NCBI GenBank assembly: GCA_002104905.1
Contig: MCFE01000119.1
Coordinates: forward strand, 98,365 to 162,364
Source of the DNA: Basidiobolus meristosporus CBS 931.73
Lineage: Eukaryota > Fungi > Basidiobolomycota
Length of the DNA: 64,000 nt
Reading direction: 5' to 3'
In this document: piece by piece, positions 46,884 through 57,377 of the stretch
Position numbering within the stretch: position 1 is the stretch's first letter
Layout: every line of letters starts with the position of its first letter
Made by a program: the position numbers and the translations under genes
The notes under the pieces: generated by a model
Database searches by the model: none
The model's input: the letters and a program-made list of their open reading frames with translations, nothing else
What the model was told of the DNA's origin: nothing

Positions 46884-49165
46884 GGTATTCTCGAACATGT
46901 GGAAATCGGTGAACGCCAAGGAGCTATCGGTGCTCATGGAGATGAGGGTGTCTTGGTGCGGGTGGAAGAGCGACTTCAAGATGCGCCGCTCATGCAGATA
47001 AAGCACCTGCGAGGATTTCCTTCCTTGTTGGATATAGCGCACATCCCTAGAATCGAGTTAGGACTGGGCGGCTCTCCATCGGACTAACCACCACTTACCA
47101 TATGTTGATCTTCGGCTCGTTCTGTCCGAAAGCCACCAGATGCCCGTTGGGGTGGAACGAAGGCGACATGTACCTCGAAAGGTTGTCGCTTTGTTGGAAG
47201 CCGAAATTCAGCGAGGAGAAGTTGTTGCTACGCCGGTCGTAAATATGGAGCTGGTCGTTCTTGCCCGAAAGACTGAGGATTGGTTAGATGGGTCGCTCGG
47301 GAAAATCGCCAAATGCAACTTACCAGACAAGTAGCAAGTCTGGATTGGTCGGATGCGTGATGACATGGTTCACCTGGTTGTAGCGTCAGTTGGCATTCAG
47401 TTGCTCCACTAGCAAGACATGAGAGACCCACCCTTTCTGGATACTTATATTCCGTCACGATGTTCTTGGTTTCCAAGGAGTAGCCATAGAATTTACAATC
47501 GGCCCCGCCTGAATACAGTACTCGCTTCTCCGGCTCGTAACAAAGCGCGTGGACGGCTGAGGTGTGTCTACTATGGGCGAGCAACAGCCCGGTCTGTTCG
47601 GCATCTTCCCCGCTGTTCTGAGGCGTCTTGTACTTCCAAAGATGCTTGCGAACGAAACGATTAGTCGTGCCCCATGGCGTGGGGTGTATGTATATGGACA
47701 TACCACCATCTTGTCCGAGCCGCAGGTAGAAAACATAAACTCTTTGTCGTTGCTGACGATCGGGCACAGCGCAGACACGCCACGATCGCTGTGGGGCTTG
47801 GAGTTGGAGTGCTGCACTCTATATGAAATCTGCGCATGACAGCGTGAGTACTCGTGGTCGGTCCAGACCGCTACCTCGTCAAAATACCTGGCTGGTGTTG
47901 GCTTTCAACACATGAACAAACGAGAGTTGGTTCTCAAGGAGCTCGCCGTCTTTCTTGGCTGAGGCCACTGCTACGATTGACGGGTGAACGAAACAGATGT
48001 CTTCTGCCCACGGCTTCTTCAGCGTTTGCTTGGTGACTCGCGTGACTATCTTCCGCATGGTGGGGCTCCAGAACTGGATTTCCCCGTCGAGTGAGCTCGT
48101 CACGAGACACTCCATCTGGTTTCCCTCGTAGTCCTTGACAGTTTGATAGATCAAGGATCTTGGCTTCCGGGTGAACGCTTTGGTTCGCATGTCCGTTCGA
48201 GTTCTAGATATAACGTCAAGCATCTCCGAGTTGATGTCGTATTCAGCCTCTTCCTTCGGGGTCGGCCTGTACTTGGTGGGTGATGAGACAACCAGGCTAT
48301 CGAGCGGATGCTGGAGAAGGGGTGGGGATTGCACTGGGTGCGAGTTGCTTGGAAGCCGCGACGAGGATGCGCGCGGTGGAGAGACTTTGTTGCTTGGATT
48401 TGAGTTGTTCCCTGCCCCCGAGGCCTGAATGTTGCGTGACCACGTGTTGACTTGATCGCACACACTGTGGAACTTCTGTTGTAGTTTTCGCGAGATCTTT
48501 TGAATTTTCTTGGCTTCACTTTTGGCCTGCAAGGTTGATCAGTGAGGGGCGACGTTGAGGACAAAATGGATATAACTACCTTCTCCAAGTATCTGGCGTG
48601 TTTGGAGCGGGTGCGTTCGAGCTAGACAGAAGCCGGCGTAAGTAGGAGTGTCAAGCGACCCACAGAACACAAAGGCCGTGTTCATTTAATATCTCCACTC
48701 TACCTTCAGCAACAACTCGTGCATCTCTTTTTGGGATTTCAGGGCGTTGAAGGAAAGTGCAGACAGCTCAGCTTCCTCCGAATCCGACTCTGAGGTGCTG
48801 CTTTCGTCGGAAGACGAGTCAGAGGTAATATATTTACTAGGGGTCCAGCTTTTGCCACCAACTGTTTCTTGATCAGTTGGGCCTACACTCTTGTGACGCT
48901 TCCTGGAGTAATTGTCGTAGGGGTTATGATGCATCTCTGAAGAAATTGTACTGTTGCCGTGGTCGGTCGCATAAAAATTTCCCCCTCGTTTGACGTTGGA
49001 GCTTTCTCCATTAACGTTGGTCAAGCCTATAGGGAGCAGAATGAATGAATCTTTTCATATTCAACAGTATGTTCAGTGGACATAAGCCCGACCTTTAGGT
49101 TTGAGAGTGGTGGTTGAAAAGAGGCTCTTTGGGATTAGACCTGTATCCACGTCCCTGTCATTCAT
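46872..49165 (-). CDS. Multi-exon WD40-repeat protein with acidic/Ser-rich N-terminus
   Basis: WD-like segments LVTSSLDGEIQFW, HTSAVHALCY..LYSGGADCKF, FSTCGSDK, WDVRY..HERRILKSLFHP..LISMSTD across ORFs 47228, 47455, 47879, 48686. Stop at 46872. Start at 49165 is tentative. Confidence 0.75.
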
Positions 49166-49499
49166 AGTACTTCGACTTGGTGAAAGAAATCCAACTATTG
49201 CTCCCTTTTTCAATATTTCTTTTTGCCGTATTTAGTTAATGGCTGGGTCTGCGGCAGTTGCCCGTAATCAGCCAATGATAAGATTGAGCTGGATTTATTG
49301 CCAAAACACAACCATATTCATAAAAATAGTAAACAGCATTTCGGTTAAAGTGGAAATTCAGAGGCAATTCTTGGGATTTATGCAAAATACAACCGCAAGA
49401 TACAACGCCGCAGGAGGAACATATAGGCGACAACCAACACTGCTGTTGAGCTCCCTAAGTGAGACATGCTTTAACCTCTGTACACACACCCTATAAGTC

Positions 49500-50619
49500 T
49501 TAAAATACTGTGTACAAAATCTTGTTGGGACTTTAAATGTTTTACCAAAATGTCAAGTACATTGAGCATGAGAATTTAATTTGTTGTCCCAAAGTCCTCA
49601 AACTTTGTACACATGCTATTTGACCTTTCTAAGTATATCATATATGGTTATCTTTTGCAAATTTGGTATCAAAGCCTATATAGTATCTATCACAATAGCC
49701 ATTTAGCTTGCTATTATTTATTGTAATGATTTGTTCACTTAGAGGAGTATTGTAAGCTATTGATACAATGCTTTAGCATGTTCAGCATATTAAACAGTAA
49801 GCTTACTTCTGCTCTAATTTTGTAGTTGCACATAAATATTCACTTAACTTACCAACTTGAATCATTGCCTACAAGTCTTAGAGAATTCTGGCCACATTCC
49901 TTGTAAGGATATACTTGTCATGTTTTCACTCAAGTATCTGGTGGCCAGAGCATGAAATAGTAATAAGTTGTCCAAACAGCCCCACACTTTGCACACATAC
50001 TTTTGTGACCTTCCTAAGCTCATTCAATATGTTTGTTATGCCAAGACCATTTGAAAGTAAAAATACCACTTTTGCATTTAACATATCATTAGCTGTAAAC
50101 TGCATAATCTACTTCTCTCAACAATCACATTCAATATTTCCAAAACTCTTACAGATAAAGGTTTTCATATAGTGTGGGCAAACTCTCAAGGTCTTTGGAC
50201 AACTTTGCACATTTCAATGTCCTGGGTACTAAGCTTTATGATAAACATTACTAGTTGGCTATAAGATGGAATTTGTATGAGATACTCAAATACTTGTAAA
50301 CTATGACCCAAGTGGCCAAGTTGATGGAGTATCTAGAATAAATTTTGAGTTACACCTAAATACTCATATGACTTGATTACTTGGATCATAAGCTACAGAT
50401 CACAATCATTCCTGGCCAATTTGTCTGTTGGATGTGCTTAAAAACTTTCCCAAAAAATACAGGTACTCAGGGCATGAAGTATTGATAGGTTATTCAAAGA
50501 TCCCCAAGCTTGGCAAGCATGTTTTTGGGACCTCTCAAGTATTTTTGTTGTGCTAGTCTTGCCTAGACCACATATTAGTACAAGTACTATTTATGCATTC
50601 AACAAATTCCTGAGCAAAC
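49500..50619 (+). repeat. Old Copia-family LTR relic cluster (continues 55312-55900 beyond the young insert)
   Basis: Several diverged LTR copies. ORF 49915 encodes an FVMPRPF..NTTF variant of the LTR frame. The relic interrupted at CAAAC resumes after 55311. Confidence 0.7.
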
Positions 50620-50870
50620 TGTTGTAAAAATTTGTATTTTTCACCTAAATATTCACCTAACTTAGTCACTTAGATCATCACCTTCAAATCCTAGAGAATA
50701 CTGACCAAATTCCTTGTCGGGATTTACTTAGAATATTTTCACCAAAATACCAGGTACCCAGAACATGAAAATTATCAAAGTTGTCCAAACAGCCCCAAAC
50801 TTTGCACACATGTTCTTGGGACCTTCCTTAACCTATTCTACGTGTTTGTAATGCCAAGACCATGTAAAAG

Positions 50871-50898
50871 TATAAATACTACTTTTACATTCAATAAA
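50871..50898 (+). promoter_or_regulatory. Candidate LTR TATA box (TATAAATA) and polyadenylation signal (AATAAA)
   Basis: TATAAATA at 50871-50878 and AATAAA at 50893-50898, present in most LTR copies. Confidence 0.5.
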
Positions 50899-50969
50899 TC
50901 ATTAAGTGAAAACCACATAATCTACTTGTTCTCCAAATCACTTCCAATATCTCCAAGACTCTTACAACA

Positions 50970-50981
50970 GGTTATGAGCCC
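50970..50981 (+). other. Primer-binding site complementary to the tRNAiMet anticodon arm (half-tRNA priming)
   Basis: GGTTATGAGCCC abuts the LTR end and is the reverse complement of GGGCUCAUAACC in the initiator-tRNA anticodon stem-loop; same type as Ty5 and Drosophila copia. Confidence 0.88.
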
Positions 50982-53900
50982 CGAGCTGTCACTCTCTGCA
51001 ATGTCTACTACTGCTATTACTGGAATTTTTCCCTCTGCTGAAAAGTTGGATGGCTCTAACTACCAAGTGTGGAAGGTGAAGATGAAGATGCTGCTACAAG
51101 AAAGAGGCCTTTGGGATATTGTCATGGGAGAAGAATGCCCTCCTAAAAACGTGGGAGAGGAAGCCTTAAAGTACCAGAAGAAAGAACAAAGTGCCTTTAA
51201 CTGCATTTGCCTTAATGTCAAGGACAAATTGCTAATTCAATGCTCAAGAGCAAAAACGGCAAAGAATGCCTGGAAGGCATTAGAAGACACCTACCAGTCA
51301 TGTTCAGCTGCCAAGAAAATGTATCTGAGAAGAAAATTCTTTACTACAAAGATGCTGCCAGGAGAAGAAATGAAAAATCTAATTAACAGAATTACCCTGC
51401 TGGTAGATGAGATGGAATCTGTGGGCGTACCAACTACTGATGAGGATGTGATAGTTACTATCCTGAATAGCCTGACAGACGAGTTTCAGGGCCTTGTATC
51501 AGCCCTAGAGTCCAGAACTGAAGATTTGACCTTAAATTACGTATATGGAAGGCTCCTGGATGAAGAATTAAGAAAATCAAGCGCCAATAAGAAGGAAGAA
51601 GAAAATGCTTTAATAAGCAATGATAACCAACAAAGGAGGTACCCAAGACCCTACAAAGGCAACAACAACCTATTTTGCAACTACTGCAAAAGGAAAGGAC
51701 ACACATCAGACCGGTGTTTCAAAAAGAGAGATTATCAGCAAAAGAAGCCTGAATATGGAAATGCTGCAACAACTGAAGATAGACTATTCATATCTGCACT
51801 AAATATGACCACAAACAAGGATTCTCAGACGTGGTATATTGACTCTGGAGCTTCTCAACACTTTACACACCAAAAAGAACTTTTTACCCAATATCAAGAA
51901 ATTCCAATTAAGAAGGTTTTCATGGGTGACGATAGAACACTTGATGCAGTGGGAGAAGGAACTATCCAAGTAAACCTTAGAAGCAGTGAAGGAAGCCATA
52001 CACTGACCTTTAAAGAAGTACTCTATGTACCAGAAATAGCCAAGAACCTACTCTCTGTAAGCAAGGCCACAGCAGAAGGACTCAGTTTCAGTTTTGACAA
52101 TTCTGGATGCAGGATCACTGATCAAAATGGTGCCCATATTGCTTCGGGCATCAGAGATCAGAATCTATACAAGTTGACTTATATTCCATCATATTTGGAA
52201 GCCAATATAAGTAACTTAAATGAAGAAACACCAATGCTTTGGCACAGGAGATTTGGACACATCAATTTTGATTATTTGCGTAAAATGATCAAAGATCAGC
52301 TAATTTCTGGAGTGAAAATTGATCCCCCAGCTAATTTGGAGCACTGTGAAGCCTGCATATATGGGAAACAAGCCAGACAACCGTTCAAGAGCTCTGGGTT
52401 AATCAAAACTAAGAAAAAATTAGATCTAATTCACTCAGATCTGTGTGGACCTATGCAAAATTTATCCTTAGGCGGGATGAAGTATTTAATCACTTTTATT
52501 GATGATTATACAAGATACACATGGGTCTACTTCATGGAGAGAAAGGAAGAAGCTCTGTCTAAGCTCAGGGAGTTTAAAGCCATGGTGGAGAGAGAAACTG
52601 GTGAAAAAATCAAGAAAATACGCTCTGACAATGGTGGAGAATATACCTCAAAACTCTTCATCCACTTCTGCAAAATTCATGGGATAAAGCAAGAGACTAC
52701 TGTACCATACTCCCCACAGCAAAATGGAGTAGCAGAACAAGCTAACAGATCAATAACTGATATGGCAAGATCTATGATCCATGATCAAAAATTATCCTAT
52801 GATTTTTGGGCGGAATCAGTTGCCACTGCTGTATACCTTAAAAATAGGAGTTATAACAGAATACTTCGTGATTCTACTCCATTTGAAGCATGGTATGGAT
52901 ACAGACCAAGTGCAGAACATCTAAGAATATTTGGGTGTACAGCATATGCCAAAAAACTGGCCGGAAATCAGTCAAAATTTGAGCCAACAAGTGTAAAATG
53001 CATATTTTTGGGCTACTGCAATGAGAGTAAGGCATACAGACTCTACAATACCAAAGCAAAGAAGCTGATCAAGTCCAGGGATGTGTTGTTTGATGAAAAT
53101 TCAAAATTTTCACAAAAAATGACATCAGATGATGACGAAAATTTGATCTCAAGTCCACCAATTGTCAGGATTGAATCAGAGCAAAACAATGAAAATTTTT
53201 TCACTCCAGAGGACTCTACAACCGTGGTTCAGCCAGAATCAGTGCCCAGGAATATCCCAGAAGTGATCATTCCAGTATCAAATGCCCGGAGATCCAATCG
53301 GACAAGAAATAGCCCAAATTACTATATCAATGAGGGTACAAACTTAGCCTATGCCTATTCAGTCCATGTTGATGAACCCCAGACTGTAAAAGAGGCCCTA
53401 AATAGCCCTCAGACGAAGTTTTGGAGATCTGCAATGACTGAGGAATATCAGGCACTGATGGAAAATCAAACTTGGGACTTAGTCAAATTACCAATCAACC
53501 AAAAATCAATTGGATGCAGATGGGTCTTCAAGACAAAATACAAGGCTGATGGTACAATTGAAAGATACAAAGCAAGACTTGTAGCCAAAGGATACTCTCA
53601 AACAAAAGGACTTGACTATACTGAGACCTTTGCACCGGTAGCCAAGTTTAATTCCATCAGATTAATATTGGCTATTGCAGCCAAATATAAGTTCTTTATT
53701 CATCAAATGGATGTAAAAACTGCATTTTTGAATGGAGAACTTGATGAGGACGTGTATATGGACCAGCCTGATGGGTTTGTTGACCAAGATAACCCCCATT
53801 TGGTCTGCAAGCTTAAAAAGTCACTATATGGTCTCAAACAATCACCGAGAGCCTGGAATTGCAAGATAGATTCTTATTTGGAATCTTTGAGTTTCAAAAG

Positions 53901-54945
53901 GAGTAATGCTGACTATAGTATATACTATAAGCCAGATAGAGCAAATCCAGTTCTATTAGCTCTATATGTGGATGATCTTATTATAGCCGCCAATAACCTA
54001 GAAACATTGGAAGAGACTAAATCCAGCCTATCTAAGGAGTTCAAGATGTCCGATCTAGGAGAACTTAGTTACTACTTAGGGATTAAGTTCTCCATAGACA
54101 GAAGTACCCAGACTATTACCCTAAGCCAATCCAAGTATATTCAAGATATACTAAAGAAGTACAAAATGGAAGACTGTAAACCGGCAGCTACCCCAATGGA
54201 GACAAACCTTAACTTGGTCAAAACTCAACCAAATCAAGAGAGCTTGGTGCCATCTGAAAGCCCTGACTTTCCTTATCAATCTATGGTCGGCAGTCTGATG
54301 TATATCATGCTTGGAACACGTCCAGATATCTCATATTCAGTGGGAGTTGTCAGCCAACATAATCAGAGCTATGGATCTGATCATATTGCAGCAGTTAAGC
54401 GGATTTTTAGATACCTAAAAGGAACTGCTGATATCTGCTTAAGATACACTTATAAGGACTCAGAACAGGATCTTGTGGGATACTCTGATGCAGATTGGGG
54501 ACGAAATTTAGAAGACAGAAGATCCACCACAGGATACACCTTTCTTTACTGTCAAGGAGCAATTTCATGGAATTCAAGAAAGCAACCAACCGTAGCACTT
54601 TCTACTACAGAGGCAGAGTATATGGCAGCCTGTGAAGCTACAAAAGAAGCAATGTGGTTAAGAAAGCTCTTTACAGATTTAGGCCTATGTCAAAAAACGC
54701 CTATTACTTTATTTCAAGATAATCAAGGATGTATACAATTAGGTAGAAATCCAACTTTTCATGCTAGAACCAAGCACATAGATATTAGACATCATTTCAT
54801 ACGTGAAGCTATAGAGAATAACTTAGTTAGCTTAGTTTACTGTCCTACAGATGAAATGATTGCAGACATATTTACCAAACCATTAGCTAGAGACAAGTTT
54901 GAATATCTTAGGTCAAAATTAGGACTAGTCATTATGAACATTTAG
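50974..54945 (+). CDS. Copia Gag-Pol polyprotein (1323 aa from the PBS ATG; frame open from 50842)
   Basis: Same domains as 23786-27757, about 15 amino-acid differences by eye. Confidence 0.97.
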   Translation: MSPELSLSAMSTTAITGIFPSAEKLDGSNYQVWKVKMKMLLQERGLWDIVMGEECPPKNVGEEALKYQKKEQSAFNCICLNVKDKLLIQCSRAKTAKNAWKALEDTYQSCSAAKKMYLRRKFFTTKMLPGEEMKNLINRITLLVDEMESVGVPTTDEDVIVTILNSLTDEFQGLVSALESRTEDLTLNYVYGRLLDEELRKSSANKKEEENALISNDNQQRRYPRPYKGNNNLFCNYCKRKGHTSDRCFKKRDYQQKKPEYGNAATTEDRLFISALNMTTNKDSQTWYIDSGASQHFTHQKELFTQYQEIPIKKVFMGDDRTLDAVGEGTIQVNLRSSEGSHTLTFKEVLYVPEIAKNLLSVSKATAEGLSFSFDNSGCRITDQNGAHIASGIRDQNLYKLTYIPSYLEANISNLNEETPMLWHRRFGHINFDYLRKMIKDQLISGVKIDPPANLEHCEACIYGKQARQPFKSSGLIKTKKKLDLIHSDLCGPMQNLSLGGMKYLITFIDDYTRYTWVYFMERKEEALSKLREFKAMVERETGEKIKKIRSDNGGEYTSKLFIHFCKIHGIKQETTVPYSPQQNGVAEQANRSITDMARSMIHDQKLSYDFWAESVATAVYLKNRSYNRILRDSTPFEAWYGYRPSAEHLRIFGCTAYAKKLAGNQSKFEPTSVKCIFLGYCNESKAYRLYNTKAKKLIKSRDVLFDENSKFSQKMTSDDDENLISSPPIVRIESEQNNENFFTPEDSTTVVQPESVPRNIPEVIIPVSNARRSNRTRNSPNYYINEGTNLAYAYSVHVDEPQTVKEALNSPQTKFWRSAMTEEYQALMENQTWDLVKLPINQKSIGCRWVFKTKYKADGTIERYKARLVAKGYSQTKGLDYTETFAPVAKFNSIRLILAIAAKYKFFIHQMDVKTAFLNGELDEDVYMDQPDGFVDQDNPHLVCKLKKSLYGLKQSPRAWNCKIDSYLESLSFKRSNADYSIYYKPDRANPVLLALYVDDLIIAANNLETLEETKSSLSKEFKMSDLGELSYYLGIKFSIDRSTQTITLSQSKYIQDILKKYKMEDCKPAATPMETNLNLVKTQPNQESLVPSESPDFPYQSMVGSLMYIMLGTRPDISYSVGVVSQHNQSYGSDHIAAVKRIFRYLKGTADICLRYTYKDSEQDLVGYSDADWGRNLEDRRSTTGYTFLYCQGAISWNSRKQPTVALSTTEAEYMAACEATKEAMWLRKLFTDLGLCQKTPITLFQDNQGCIQLGRNPTFHARTKHIDIRHHFIREAIENNLVSLVYCPTDEMIADIFTKPLARDKFEYLRSKLGLVIMNI

Positions 54946-57377
54946 CTGAGTGGGAGTGTTGTAAAAATTTGTATTTTTCACCTAAATATTCACCTAACTT
55001 AGTCACTTAGATCATCACCTTCAAATCCTAGAGAATACTGACCAAATTCCTTGTCGGGATTTACTTAGAATATTTTCACCAAAATACCAGGTACCCAGAA
55101 CATGAAAATTATCAAAGTTGTCCAAACAGCCCCAAACTTTGCACACATGTTCTTGGGACCTTCCTTAACCTATTCTACGTGTTTGTAATGCCAAGACCAT
55201 GTAAAAGTATAAATACTACTTTTACATTCAATAAATCATTAAGTGAAAACCACATAATCTACTTGTTCTCCAAATCACTTCCAATATCTCCAAGACTCTT
55301 ACAACACAAACATCATTAAATCTACTCCACTTGTCACTTCCAATAACTCCAAAGCTCTTGCAGCAAATAGAGACCTTCATAAGCAAGCTCTATGTGCTGC
55401 TTTGCTAAGCTTGTGTAAGATCATAAAAACTACTTTTACAATTAATAGATCATCAGGTGAAAGCCACATCAACCACTTATTCTCCCGATCACATCCACTA
55501 TCTCTAAGACACTTGCAGCAGAGTATTTTGTTTGCTGTAAGTTTTCTGATTACATCTTAATACTCAGTTAACCTAAGCACCTGAATAATTGTCTACAAAT
55601 TTTAGAGAATTTGACCCAAATTCCTGGTAGGTACCTGGAATATTTTCACCAAAATATCCAGTGCCAAGGATTTGAAAAATTAATAAGTTGCCCAAGCAGT
55701 CCAAACTTTGCATCCATGGTCTTTGAATCTTGCCAAGTATATTATATGTATTGATTTGTCAAGATCCTGTAAAAGTATAAGTACTACTTTTACAATCAGT
55801 AAATCATAAAGTGAAAACCATAAAATCTACTTGTTCTGCCAATTACTTCCAATATCTCCAAATCTTTTAACAAGAAGGCCAGGTATGAAGAGAGTGACTA
55901 ATCACTTGGTTATTTGTAAAGATACCTACTGGACTTGTATTATATATTTCAAGTGCATAGCTGCAAAAGACTTGCTATTTCTCAGTTTGGATGGAAGTTG
56001 AAATAGCTGGTTGCAAGCACAAGATTTGTTTACTTCTCCAGAAGTCTAACAAGTATGTGAGCTTTACAGGGTAAATACCCAGAGAAGATATATGTATTAA
56101 AATTTGACATTGCAGTAGCTCCTGCATACTATCAGAAATCAATTGCTGTATTGGTCCTTACAGAACAGAGCCAAATGACAGCAGCAAGTTAAGCGTGACT
56201 TATTTAATGAGAACATTAGAGATTTCCAAAGAGCTATTGAATTGTATGGCTCTCAGTTTATGATATGTTGGATGTAAGCGTTATATGTACACTTTTACAA
56301 CGAGTCAAGTCACTGGAACATAGTATAAGTGGTGCTTTAAATGCATGACAGAATGCACACAGCACAAATGAAGGCTGTGTGGTTATAATGTGCGATGTTG
56401 TGACTGAACCAGGGATTGTAAGTATCGGTATTCGCCATGTTTTCCCTTTTCAGATTTCAAGTGATAAAAAGTATATGTAAAAGCACCCACTACATTATGT
56501 TTTGAAAGGTTATGGAAGGATATGTGCGATGTTTTGGGATCGTTGAAGGGCAAACATCTGCCATTCGATGGCTCCACATTTCTTAACCAATGGTGAGCGC
56601 CTCATTCCAAGCCCAAATCAAATCCAAGCAGATTAGCAAGTATGGCATCACATGAGTTATATGGTGCGAAAGAAACAACTTCCTAGAATGCTACGGATTA
56701 TGCCCATCCCGTCAACTCCCGTGATTTCTGGATTCACTAAGCAAAACATCGTATTTCGCCTTAGAACGCGGGAATAACATCGGTGAATTTTAAAAGCCCA
56801 CATTTCCAAAAATACATTGGCTACAGCCATCAAATCAAAACCCACATGCACATTTTACAGAAAAGCGACTTGGATATATTTCGACCTTATAAATTCCCTC
56901 GGTGAACTTCCGTGATGATAAATAACGTAAGTTAGAGTGATGGAAGCTCACTTCACTCTAATATGGCAATCCATGATTGCACCAAACAGAGACGACCAAA
57001 GAATTCAAGAAAGAACACGGGCCTCGGTAATGATTGTTCAAACAGTCGGTTCCATACATTCTGGATGGATGGAAAAACATCCCATCAATGGTATATCTGG
57101 TGGGATGAGGAAATTACCAAAGTCGGATGATTTAGCCCGGGGATGGAAGGAAACCCCCAAGCGGAATTTCCCTTTCGGGCGAGGAAAATCCAAATCCATC
57201 CAGGTTGAGTTTGGGAATGGGTTGTGGAGAAGCGTACAGGCAGAAAAAAGCCATCGCCACAAACATCCCAGTCGGCGCTGCTAAACACATATATATATAT
57301 CCTCCACCGATTATCCTGGCCATTATAAATAGGCACCCTCGCTTCCCTCTCAAACCATTCCATCTTCTTCACTCGTC

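Larger units (their letters stand above)
50620..55306 (+). mobile_element. Intact full-length Ty1/Copia LTR retrotransposon, 4687 bp
   Basis: LTRs 50620-50969 and 54957-55306 identical by eye. TSD CAAAC at 50615-50619 and 55307-55311. PBS 50970-50981. PPT GAGTGGGAG 54948-54956. Confidence 0.97.
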
